In this document: in pieces, positions 11,069 to 21,920 of the stretch | How the letters are laid out: every line of letters starts with the position of its first letter | How positions within the stretch are numbered: position 1 is the stretch's first letter | Made by a program: the position numbers and the translations under genes | The notes under the pieces: model-generated | Told to the model about the DNA's origin: nothing | The model's input: only the letters and a program-made list of their open reading frames with translations | The model's database searches: none | Origin: Setoptus koraiensis | Taxonomy: Eukaryota; Animalia; Arthropoda | Direction of reading: 5' to 3' | DNA length: 64,000 nucleotides | Assembly (NCBI GenBank): GCA_048013815.1 | Contig: CM106586.1 | Span: 13,330,001-13,394,000, forward strand

Positions 11069-13561
11069 TCATTGTGCGCTGACTCGCTGCTCAATTGGTC
11101 GTTTCGACAACGGTGGCGCCACCTTTGGCGGGCCTCTCCTGGTCTTGGGGCCGCTCGTTTGTGCCAGTGGCCTCTTTGGCGACGATGCGTTGTCGTCAGA
11201 CGATTTTAAGTTAATCACAAATGGGTCATAATTGTTGCCTCGATAATTGGCGGGCTGTTTTCGCGGGGGGCGATTGCCACCGCCGCCGCTGCCGCCGCCG
11301 CCATCCATCAGCAACAACTTGTTGCTTATCATTTGTCTCGAATTGAGTTCGAGCAATTTCGTGCAAGCATTAACCATCGCTCTGCTGGTTACATGCTGAA
11401 GGAAATTGTCAACAAACCGGCGCGTACTGGCAACACTCAGCGCATCTCTATTATCTCTGAGACTCTTGTAAGATCCGTTGAAATAACGGCAATAATCCAG
11501 GGCGTCATCTCTGTGCAACACAACACATTGTTTGGCCCTCGCCATGGCGGCCCCCTGTTTTCGCATTGAATAAGCACATTGATCTGTCTTGACAATTTGA
11601 AAATAGTCCATCACCACTCGCTTCAATACCTGTGCCTTCTCGTCTCTGCTGGCGTATTTTGTCAACATTAATTGCTTGACGTTTTTGTCGCTGACATATT
11701 CAAAAAAAGGATTTGATTTCGACGCCTCGACCATGTCTTTGGTGGTGGCACGAGCCCAATCGTTCCAAATCTTGCTCTGTTGTCTGTCTGTCTCGTCTTG
11801 TGGCGAGTCGCCTCTTTGAGTGCGTCGCAAACCGGATGGCCCCAGCTGCAGCTCTTTTTTGCTCGATACCCTGCCGGGATTGCCCGTCGATCTGGCGAGC
11901 CGACCCTCGTCGACGGGACTTCTGGATCGCGCCGGTTGTTGTACCGGCTGCTTGCCCGTCGAAGCCATCGGTTTGCCGTTTCCGCCGGCCACTCGCCGCC
12001 GATCTAGCTCGTTCTCGGCTCTGGGCCGGTTTCTCGGGGCACTCTCTTGTCTCGCCAGGAAATTGGTTGCCATTGGTGACACTTTCCTGGCCTCTTTTTC
12101 ACCGCCAGGCGGCCTGCTCGCGCCGAATCTCGCCTGATCTTGGCTGGTCGGGCTTTTGTTGTTGCTGTTGGTGGTTGGCGATTGATTGAGGCTGCAACTG
12201 GGCGCCGGAGAAATTGCCAGCTTCTTGCTGGACACAGAGCCCTCAGGAGAGGACAGCAATTTTCTATTGCCGGTAGGCTCTCTCTTTCTGTTTGCCTGAT
12301 AATCCTGATTGGGGTCACTTGCCGCCACTTTGCTCGCTGACCGATTCAACAATGGGCCCACTTGGCTACTTTGGCGAGCGAGCGGCCCAGTTGGCGAAGG
12401 CGTCCTATCGCCGCTCATCTCATCATCGCTCTCGAGCGATCTCTTGTAACGTCTGACAGGTTGTTGCTGCATATTGTTGCTGTTGTGAGCCAATCTGTTG
12501 TTGAACTGATTGCCCGTGTCTTGCTGCACGTAGGGATTGTTTTCCCTCGTGACGTAACCATTATAATTGGCCGCTTCCGGCGGCTCGTAATCGTTGAAAG
12601 CTTGTTGGTGGCGTTGATTTAGCGCTGGCGGGGCATCGTCCACGGGCATCTCATCGGCGTAACTGTCGCCCGTCGGGTGAGCGTACCGAGGCGCATTGTA
12701 GATCCGGTCAATTGGCGCTCTGTCGGCGTAACCGTTGCCCGTCGGGTAGCCACGCGGCGGAGGGTAGGCCTGCTGCGGCGGAGGGTAGGACTGCTGCTGC
12801 GGAGGGTAGGACTGCGGCGGCGCAGAAAGTTGCTGCTGGCCGTTGCCGTATTGAGCCGGATGTTGTTGTTGCTGTCGTTGTTGTTGTTGTTGCTGCTGGC
12901 GCTCGCGAAGTATTCGTCTGACCTCTAGCTCGACCATGAGATCCTCGTCGTCCACATCCTCGTAATTGTTGGCCGTAACGGGTCTCGGGATGGGGAGCGC
13001 TGCACGCGCCGCTTGCCGGTCATCGGCTACCGGTGCCGGGTTGGCGCGAAAGTTGTTTGGCGCCCTTGCGACAACATTGTGCTGGGCAGGAGTGGCGCCC
13101 CCGCTCGGCACCGAGGCCGGCGAGTTGTTGTTGAGCTCATACGGCGCGTTGCCGTTGCTGCGATTGTTGGCGTTGTTGTTGGCGTTGGTGGGGCCGTTGT
13201 TGTTGTTGTTGGTGGGGCTGTTGCTGTTGTTGTTGGTGGGGCCGTTGTTTGCGTTCCTCAGCAGTTTTGAGACCTCGTTCACCACTCTGTTCACTATCTG
13301 GTTTTCGTTGATGGCCGGACCGTTGCGCCTAACGGGAGCTCGCCTGTTCACCTGGCGACGGCCCCTGTTGACTCGCCCACGCTGAGAGTTGTTGCCACCA
13401 CCGCCGCCATTGCCACCGCCGCCGCCGCCCCCTCCGCCGCCGCCTCCGCCGCCGCCGCCACCGCCGCAACATGATACAAGAGCGGGCAATAGCAGCGACG
13501 CAATCACCAGGCAGGCTATCCATTTTAATTGTTTGCTCTTTGTAGTGGGTGTCCAATACAT
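11069..13561 (-). CDS. Orphan secreted precursor protein, intronless, 830 aa (signal peptide, poly-Gly, Asn-rich, Gln/Pro/Tyr repeats, RRYKR site, C-terminal 4-Cys helical region)
   Basis: 2.5-kb uninterrupted ORF. First ATG at 13561 gives MYWTPTTKSKQLKWIACLVIASLLLPALVSC, a hydrophobic signal-like segment. Putative polyA signal (TTTATT on the + strand) at 10848-10853. No family recognised. Confidence 0.8.
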   Translation of the reverse strand: MYWTPTTKSKQLKWIACLVIASLLLPALVSCCGGGGGGGGGGGGGGGGGGNGGGGGNNSQRGRVNRGRRQVNRRAPVRRNGPAINENQIVNRVVNEVSKLLRNANNGPTNNNSNSPTNNNNNGPTNANNNANNRSNGNAPYELNNNSPASVPSGGATPAQHNVVARAPNNFRANPAPVADDRQAARAALPIPRPVTANNYEDVDDEDLMVELEVRRILRERQQQQQQQRQQQQHPAQYGNGQQQLSAPPQSYPPQQQSYPPPQQAYPPPRGYPTGNGYADRAPIDRIYNAPRYAHPTGDSYADEMPVDDAPPALNQRHQQAFNDYEPPEAANYNGYVTRENNPYVQQDTGNQFNNRLAHNSNNMQQQPVRRYKRSLESDDEMSGDRTPSPTGPLARQSSQVGPLLNRSASKVAASDPNQDYQANRKREPTGNRKLLSSPEGSVSSKKLAISPAPSCSLNQSPTTNSNNKSPTSQDQARFGASRPPGGEKEARKVSPMATNFLARQESAPRNRPRAENELDRRRVAGGNGKPMASTGKQPVQQPARSRSPVDEGRLARSTGNPGRVSSKKELQLGPSGLRRTQRGDSPQDETDRQQSKIWNDWARATTKDMVEASKSNPFFEYVSDKNVKQLMLTKYASRDEKAQVLKRVVMDYFQIVKTDQCAYSMRKQGAAMARAKQCVVLHRDDALDYCRYFNGSYKSLRDNRDALSVASTRRFVDNFLQHVTSRAMVNACTKLLELNSRQMISNKLLLMDGGGGSGGGGNRPPRKQPANYRGNNYDPFVINLKSSDDNASSPKRPLAQTSGPKTRRGPPKVAPPLSKRPIEQRVSAQ

Positions 13562-14162
13562 GATTGGCAACAGGTTTTGCTGTTCAGGCTGGTGCCGCTT
13601 GGAAGTGCAACTTTATTATTTATTATGCTGCCGCTTGGCGGTGAACAGAAACACTGTCAATGGAATGGCTATCGCTGGTGCCAGTCGGATACAAATCAAT
13701 TGCACTCGGTCAACTAATTAATCCTTCTCCTTTCACACCTGATTACCATCTAATTATCTTATTTTCAATTATGCGCTGTGTTTGTGCGATTATAATGACG
13801 TATGCAAATTGCGCGCCGTTCGAAGCGCGTCTCAATTCCGAATTGACAATTCGAATGCTGTGCGATCTATTTAATGTAATTTTAATTCTAATAACGATCT
13901 CAATGAATGAATACGCCAATTCGCTAGTTGTAAGGCTAGCTGTAAATCCAATTGAATGCAATTTAGTTCAGTGGCCGCACAACCACTGGGTGCGTCATTT
14001 AAAACGTGTTGCGTAATCGCTCGCTGTGATTGTCAGTTTTTCTGTTGTTGTTCGTTGTTTCGGTCGTCGGTCGTTTGTGGACAACATCAACGACAGGTAC
14101 GGTTAGTGTGCGGATAGTTGCATGTGAGAGCAATGAGAGCGCCATTGCGACTTGCGCTTTTT

Positions 14163-14224
14163 CGTTGGCTCGTCGTTGGCTCGTCGTTGGCTCGTCGTTG
14201 GCTCGTCGTTGGCTCGTCGTTGGC
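14163..14224. repeat. Tandem 11-mer (CGTTGGCTCGT) x ~5.6
   Basis: Read directly from the sequence. Confidence 0.9.
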
Positions 14225-16964
14225 AGGGGCAACACAATCAATCATGCGCCGTTGTTTGTATTTATATTTTTATATATAGATCGGTTTGCATGGGGTGCGG
14301 CGAACCGAACAAAGCTGCAAAAAAACGAGAAAGAAGCTCCGACACAATGAGTGGCTTTAAATAGACACCAACTAAACTGAGACTGACGATGACGTAACAA
14401 CCACGGTGGCGCATGAATATTTGTGGCTATTTTTTGTTGCTGTTTGGCGCTGTTGTTGCATTGTTGCACTTTTCAAATCAGTGTCTCGCCAGCCGTGCAT
14501 CGCGGATATGCAATCTCGAATGCGACGCCAGTTGGCCGGCCCCATATCGGTGCGGCATGCGATCGTTTCTATTCTAATACCAACACTATTCACGAACACT
14601 ATTCACGAATACTGGCTAGTGAGCGACGAGGGGACGTTGCCACTGGGGCGCCCCACTTGCAATATTTTCTCGTCGCACCGACCGAGGCGCCATCTGCTCT
14701 CCGGTGCCGGTTTGCAAGTTGTCCGGTGCGACCACCACGAGCGAAGAGCCGTCTGTCACTTATTGAACACACCGACGATGATACTTGGGCGCTGCTGCAG
14801 ATTGGCGCAACAGGTACCGGGCAACTGCATTGCACACAATTGGCCCGAGTGGCCACCAGACGGCCACCGCAAAAAGGTGCCTTCGTCGAGCCATAAGTCA
14901 TAAGTCATAATAAATCATTTTGGGCGCTTCTCGTCTGGACACACAAGCGCAAGAATTCTCGCAAATTCGCTCACTCGTGATTAGGCCGCCAATTGGGCGC
15001 AGAAATGAGATTTTTGCGAAGCGCTAAGTGAAATTTCTTCAGATTTCTCATGTCATTTTTCATTCACAGCATGCCTCATTTGTGTGCTCGAGCCTCTGTT
15101 AGCGGTGTGTCGGTCTGGCCGACTTGTAGGTGCAAATATTCAAAATAGCTGCGCCTAATGACTCGCACACTGCTCAGGTAGCAAATAAATAATTAGTTTT
15201 TTTCGCTCGCTCGCTGTTTGGTGGTTCGTTTCGCGTCGCCCGCCAACCTCGCCAATTTCATCTTGTTCGCATGTTGTTATTCGGGCTCGCATCAGACACC
15301 TCACTACTGGCTTACAATGTGTTTCAGTTTCAACAACAAGCAACAACAACATTTGGCATGAAACAACAAGCCATTTGTTTTGCTTTTGTTTATCGTCGTC
15401 GTTTATCTCTTATCGCGCTCAAGACAGCCGAACATTGTCGCCCACGTCGATGGAAATAAATACCGTATAAATAGCTAAATAGATATGAGTTGAGGCGATG
15501 GCGAAGCTATCGATGGCAAGCTAACAGCGAACTTGCCGAGCCACAAGTGTGTGTGTGTGAATGACTAATTTTTCTTATTATTTTTTGACACTCTATATAT
15601 CAGCGACGGCGATAGAGTGATAATAATAGCAATGCTCTTATAATGGAATGCAAATCTTTGTTTCGGCTTTGTCTGCCATAATGATAATAATAAAAGGCGC
15701 CGTTAAATAACTGTAATTGTGCGCTCTCCAATGATTTATGCTGTCGCCTGATTATTATTACATAATGCAAATAGCGTCTTTAAATGGGTTGCGCTCTATT
15801 TATTTATTTTTTCTTTCTTTTTTCAAAAGCTCTCTGGGCGACACCCTTGAGTTTGCTTTGACTTCACTTACTTACTTGTTGGTTTCGTTTTTTTTCCTTC
15901 GTTCTGATTCAGATATTTTCTCGCTTGTCACTCGCGAGTAGCGACTCGCGACAGTCACGGCGCACAACCAGCGAGAAAATTGTCAAGCGAGAAAAAGGCT
16001 CTTTATCAGGTGACAACCATAAATCAAATCGATAACTATCGGTCAATATATCTATGCGAAAACATTGACAGTATTGATAAGGAGTCGGCGGGTCATGTTC
16101 TCACGTTTAGCGTGCGTCTATTTGAGAAATATCTGCGTTTATCTGCGCAAGAAAGAAGCAACAACCGGCCGAGATTGTTGGCAGTTGCAGTTGCGAGCGG
16201 CGCCCTCCTTCGAATGTGTGTGTGTGTGTATAAATTAATCTTTCTGCACTCATCTTGTTCTGAGCGCTGCGACCGTCAAGCCGAGATGGCGCACCGAGAT
16301 ACACACATATATCAAAATAAATAAGAGCTTTCCGAAAAATAAGCGCCCAGCCGAACGCGATTCAACATGAATGAGAAGCCTTCGCAGATCAAATCAACCG
16401 AACTCGGGCGAGATGACGGACATGTCAGATTATGTTGCCAGATATTCACTTGCGGCGGCGGCGGCGGCGGCGGCCAGTTTATTATTATCGCCAGCGAGTT
16501 TTGCGAGTCAAAACTCTTGACTCGCCGTACCGCAGCTCGGTGTAACTAACACAATCAGCTGACGGGCCGAGGTGGCCCAAAGTGTGTCTCGCTGCTGGAT
16601 ATCGACAGCACGCCAGTTGCGTAACGTGTTAATCTAGCCAGCTAGCTGTACAGGCGCTCAGCTGGCTTATTATCGCCGTCTGATAATCGTTGCATGTATC
16701 ATGTTATCGCGCAATGTTGTGTCGCGAATGATAATAATGATGACGGTAATAATAATAGTGATAATAGTAATAATAATAGTGATAATAATAATATTGGCGG
16801 CACTGCCAAGAGACAAATAGCTAGACAGAGAGATGGCTCGTTGCCTGAATGAACTGCGAACGGCGCTCCGAATTGCGCAATCATTGACACCTATCGAGGA
16901 ATAAATAAAGATTCGGCTCTCGAAGTTGTTACGTAAGCGAACTGGCACGCAACCAGCACAATCA

Positions 16965-17002
16965 GCGGCTCACCTGTTCAGCCGGCTGAACAGGTGAGCC
17001 GC
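16965..17002. repeat. Perfect 38-bp palindrome with two inverted CTCACCTG sites
   Basis: GCGGCTCACCTGTTCAGCC|GGCTGAACAGGTGAGCCGC. Confidence 0.95.
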
Positions 17003-19274
17003 CAATGCCCGACAGAGAGACCTATAAGCGCGCCAAGCTCACCCTATAAGCAGCTATGTGCGGTATATATGCGGTGCAGTATATATGTAGTTGCCAGTCG
17101 CTTAGCAGGCAGTTAAATAATACACTGTTGTAATAAAGGCGATAATTGAGAGCGACCCGATGCCGGCGACTCATTCCGATTGATATTAATGATCGGGCTG
17201 CCAGTCGGAATCGCTCGCAATCGGCCGACGAGCCAGCCAATTCACAGCGAATCGCATCGGCCGGCCAATGGCCACGGCAAATCGCTTGCGAATTGCGAAT
17301 CGGCTCGTCGAGCCGACACAAGCGACACGCAAACTGTATCGTCAAGATGGATGGATTACATGGAGAAGCGATTATAAGCACGCTGGTGGACGGATATTCT
17401 CAGTGAGCGTCATCTCGGTGAGCGTCATCTCAGCGAGCGTCAGCGGGATTAAATGGAGGCCAGCCAGTAGAGTCAATGGGCAGCCGCTGGCAGCGTCAAC
17501 TCGCCGGCGATTATCACCTCTTTTGAAATATTGTATACGGAGGCTCTCAGTAAATTTTTCTCTCTCGTCATCCCCTGCCGGGCACACACACAAACACTCA
17601 GGCAAACATGAGAACAAACATGAGCCGGCTACAAATCACGTTGCCCTTCTGTTTGTCCAACTAATAAGTGAACTTATTTTAATTACACTAACGAGCGCTT
17701 GGCGCCGCAACGAGATTATTTTGAAACATGTTGGCTCGTTTGTTGAGCATTCAAAGAATTTTAATTGTTGCGCAATTGCGTTATCAGCTCTCGGGTGTCG
17801 TTCGTCAATTGTCATCGTTCGCGCGCCGTCCCAAAGCCGCGCCCGTCCATCTATCAATTCTCAATTCTCAATTATCAAACCGACAAGAGTTGCGCAACAG
17901 CAACGACCTATGCAAAGTGCATGCCCAAATGTCATTATTTTTCGTCACAGCTGATGATGAGTCACGGCAGCGCCACTTTGCGGCGATAACTAATCAGTCA
18001 CATGACGCAATATCATTCATCTGGCATTTGTCAAATATGCCAGATGAACGAAATTGTGCTCAACACATTAAACACACACACACATTTCGATATATCTGGA
18101 AGAATCGTATCGTCAATTAATAGTAGACCTGTTTCATCTGCTTCACCGAATCGGCCGCATCATCGAGATGCCATCATCGAGATGCCGCCATCGAGATGCC
18201 GCCATCGAAACCGGATGCCGGCCGGCCACCAAAAGAGCCGGTTGTCAAACCGGTTTGTTGTATAGTAATAATGCCGACTGAATTGGCGCTCCGAATATGC
18301 GCACTATTGGTCAATTTCTTGACAAAACTTTTCGCTCGTAAACAAATGACCACCCGCAAGACAAGTGCAAAATTCAAATGTGTGTACACACGCAGAATGG
18401 GGTCGCTCGCATTTGCATACATATTATGTATTGCATAACTTGTGTAACATGAGCGATTGTGCGCAACTATCGCCGCCAGCGACCGCTAGGGGCGAAACAG
18501 CGGGCCCGAAATGAGACTGGCCGAATCGACGAAATATCACACAAAAAAGTCACAAAAAAGTCACAAAAAGTCAAAAAAAAGTCACAAAAAAGTCAAACAC
18601 AAAAATGTCACACCGAAATTGGGGACAGAGCTAGCGCGGACGTTGCCCCCTGATTCCGAACTGCTGGCCCGGCTCGCGATGATGCAACCCGGTGTGACAC
18701 CCGGTGCACAGGTGATCGGGTATTTCAAATACCGTATTTGGGTGTGATTAATTGGTGAGTTTTATTGGAAAAAAAAGAGCAAATCAAACTGTCAAGCGTG
18801 CGCTGTCATTTGTAAACCAATGCAACCGGCTTGCAAAATCTTGCGCATCAGAGAGGTATAGCGAGGTAGCGATAATGGTGGCGAGGCCCAAAATTGGGCG
18901 CGCTCACGATGCCAATTGATGGCGCGCAAGAGATAAGCGAGATCCCATCGGCAGATAGATTTCGGTTGTTGTTTTGATTGTTTCGGTGGAAAAGCAACAA
19001 GCGAGCGAAGAATTCGGATGGAAACAAAGCGTTATTTGCAACAACATTAGCAGCGAGTCTCACCACCCAATTTATTATATTTTCTGTGTATGTGTGTGTT
19101 GAACATAATAATGGGCCAATTTGCTCATTCAATCTGGAGCGAGCGAGCCGAGATTGAATTGCCGTGAATTGTTGACGATGGGCCAGACAGGTTAGCCGGG
19201 ATGAAGACGTTGGACAATGATGATTATTTAGGCAGTTTATCCGCGGGCAAGCTCCTGTTGTTTTGGCTGGCCGC

Positions 19275-19646
19275 TCGCATAGTTGTTGCCCTCTCTGGCT
19301 GTTGCTGCTGTTGTTGTTATGTAATTGTTGTGCGAAAAACAACAAGAATTAGATCATAATCTCGCCTTTGGTGATTATTGTGTGTGTGTGTGTGCGATTA
19401 TTACGTTACAACAACACAAGTGGCGGCTACCGATTAGCCGGAGCGCGAGCAGTCCGACGCAAGCGGCCAGCGAAATTCTTCGCCTGCCGGCTAATCTATC
19501 CAGTAGATCTGGTTATCTAATATTTAATCTAATTTCGGCTGCCAGCCAGCCAGCGAGCCAGTGAGCCGGCCGGCTCGGAATTCGCTCGGCAGCGCCATTT
19601 AATCTGGCTGCTGGCTCAAATTCATTGTCGGCCATGTTATTGTCGA
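19275..19646 (+). repeat. Donor copy of a dispersed inverted duplication (372 bp)
   Basis: Aligns end-to-end with the reverse complement of 24224-24708, with about 4 substitutions plus indels. Confidence 0.97.
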
Positions 19647-19866
19647 GTCCAGCGACCACCTTTAATCATGCCGGTCATCACTGCCGGCCGAGCCTGATTA
19701 TCACTAGCTCCGATCAGCGCACAGCCAGCGCGATCATGATGCAACAAGTGGCCGCTCGTCAGCTTGATACTATTAATTAGCTGTTAAAAACAAAACAACA
19801 TTCTATTAATTTATCTGAGCGTCGCGTCATTGTTCGGTCTGTCCGTGAGCGCACGAGCGCATGAGC

Positions 19867-19916
19867 CAGGTAGCACAGGTAGCGCTCAGGTAGCGCTCAG
19901 GTAGCACTCGGGTAGC
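19867..19916 (+). repeat. Tandem CAGGTAGC array (4 exact CAGGTAG plus one CGGGTAG)
   Basis: CAGGTAG at 19867, 19876, 19887 and 19898. Confidence 0.9.
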
Positions 19917-21730
19917 GTTTTAGAAATTTCAGGTGAGTTCGGCGAATTCTCGGCAAGTTCGGCAAGTTCGGCGAATTCGGCGGATTCTTGGCGAATTCTC
20001 CGGGCGCCGAGAATTCAAATGGCGAACGTCGCACCGCCGAGTTGTGTGCTCGTCATCGATGCCTTCTCAATTTGTTGTTGCTGCTGCTGTTGTCCGTTGC
20101 CCATTAACTGCTTATTAACTGTGCTGCTATATCCAGTAAAGTACTCATCGTGTAATTGTAACATCAGCAGTCGATTGGCCGGTCGTCCAGATAATCATCT
20201 CTTGCGTAACATGCTTCTGGCTACCGTAGTGTGGCCGTTGCGACACACACACACACACACACACAAGCAACAACAAGTTGTCTCAATTATCGCGCCAAAC
20301 AATCTAACTTTTTGCGAGTCTGGCCGCACTAATCACCGTTCAGTGTGACCGTTGGTGGCCCACTCATCAGCCAGCAACCTCTAATTGGGGGCCGTTCGAG
20401 TCACCTGTGTGGCCTCTCATGTCTCGAGTGGCTGTGCTGTCTTTGCTTCCATCGGGCTCACCTGTCGCGCTCTGTCGGCCGCTCGACAAACAATGACCAA
20501 TGGCCAGGCGGTTGTGCCAACAAATTTTGTTGAACAAAATGCCGGCTGAACAAAATTGTGAGCAAGTTGCTCGCTGCTCGAATTAGTTATTTTTTATCAC
20601 TATTATTGCGAGCTATCACTGTTATTATTGCAACAAGCGGCTCGTCATTAGTAGCTGCTGCAATGGGCACAGTCAGTGCGCGAATGTTGATCATTAGATA
20701 ATAATAATCATAACAAATAGAATAATAAGTAATTGATTACTGTTGCGCGCTATTCATTGAATAGCTGCATTAATCAAGCGAGCCGCTTAATTGTGGCACA
20801 AGTCTCATCTCACAATCTTGTCAGACGGCGAGACAGCATCATTATTGCGTAATAGTCTTGGTTGCATGAATGCTGTCTCGACAAGTTTGTTTGTTTGTTA
20901 ACAAGAGAATCGCCGAGCAACGATTAATAGAGAGCAACAGACAGACAGAGAGAGTCAAATTAAATATAAATTAAATTGCGGCTCGCGCCGAGTCGCGCGC
21001 CACCTTCAACTCTCGTCATGATCAAGTTTATTTCCATCATTAATACATATCATTATCTCATGCTGCTACACAGGCTGCTCATGCATGTAGGCATGTTTAT
21101 TATTACGTAACAACATCACTGTTATTATTACTATTATTATTGTTATTGTTATTGTTGTTATTATTATTGTTGTTGTTGTTGCTGTTGGTGTTGCTGTTGC
21201 GCATCACTATGTTGCTAGCTATGCGTTTGTTAGCAGCCGAGTAATAGAAGCCGGTAATTATATCCTTGTCCGATTGGCCAACTCACCTGTTGGCCGCATC
21301 TTAAAGTGCAATGTGCAAATCAGTGCAACATATCCAAAATCCAAAGAGCAACATGTCGTAAAAGCGTCATAAGTCCAGTCGGCGGCGGCCGCGGCCAATT
21401 CAATTAGACTGCACAGAGCTGGCTGTTTGATTAATTCAATTAGACAAATCTTTCAATTGCGTTGTTGTGGCCATCGGTTGGGCCGCGGATCGGTCCGATG
21501 ACCAACATCCTGTCACTGGAATGTCCATCTCTTGGCCACACGATTCTTCGTCTGTTTGTCTTGCGCCGGGGCAAACATAATTAGCGCAGCAGTGCCTTGT
21601 TGTCCATCATTTGCGCCTCGCATCCCGAATTGGCCAACGAACGGCCGGAATGGCCGAGTGGCCGGGCCAATGGTCATTTCAATTTTAATTTTAACATTGG
21701 CCAGCCAATAAATATCGCATTAGCACCTGC

Positions 21731-21813
21731 AGTGCGACTCGCATCAGTGCGACTCGCATCAGTGCGACTCGCATCAGTGCGACTCGCATCAGGGCGACTC
21801 GCATCAGGGCGAC
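21731..21813. repeat. Tandem 15-mer (AG(T/G)GCGACTCGCATC) x ~5.5
   Basis: Read directly from the sequence. Confidence 0.9.
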
Positions 21814-21878
21814 GGGCGCCGCAACGGGCCGGCCATGGGCACAATAATGATCAAAGTGCGCAAATTGCCAAACGTATA

Positions 21879-21920
21879 ATAACGCAAATTGCGCAATATA
21901 TATTGCGCAATTTGCGTTAT
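21879..21920. repeat. Perfect 42-bp palindrome with two ATTGCGCAAT (C/EBP) sites
   Basis: ATAACGCAAATTGCGCAATAT|ATATTGCGCAATTTGCGTTAT. Confidence 0.95.

Noticed and set aside
12395-12430. RTPSPTGPLAR in the secreted protein as a plant CLE-peptide mimic
   Set aside because: Lacks the conserved R-x-V/S-P-x-G-P-x-P-x-H-H/N register.
11333-13721. Multiple plus-strand ORFs overlapping the secreted-protein gene, and minus-strand ORFs over dei
   Set aside because: Antisense or alternative-frame shadows of low-complexity coding sequence.
17268-17954. 228-aa plus-strand ORF
   Set aside because: Includes tandem-repeat translation (SVISVSVIS), with no domain or coding-like composition.
19325-19564. 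Duplicated ORF MLCEKQQELDHN... (also 24446-24658, minus strand)
   Set aside because: Non-ATG start and a frame broken by indels between the copies; a by-product of the inverted duplication.
16965-21920. Long palindromes as pre-miRNAs
   Set aside because: Only 38-42 nt with no loop, and no match to conserved arthropod miRNAs that I could recall.
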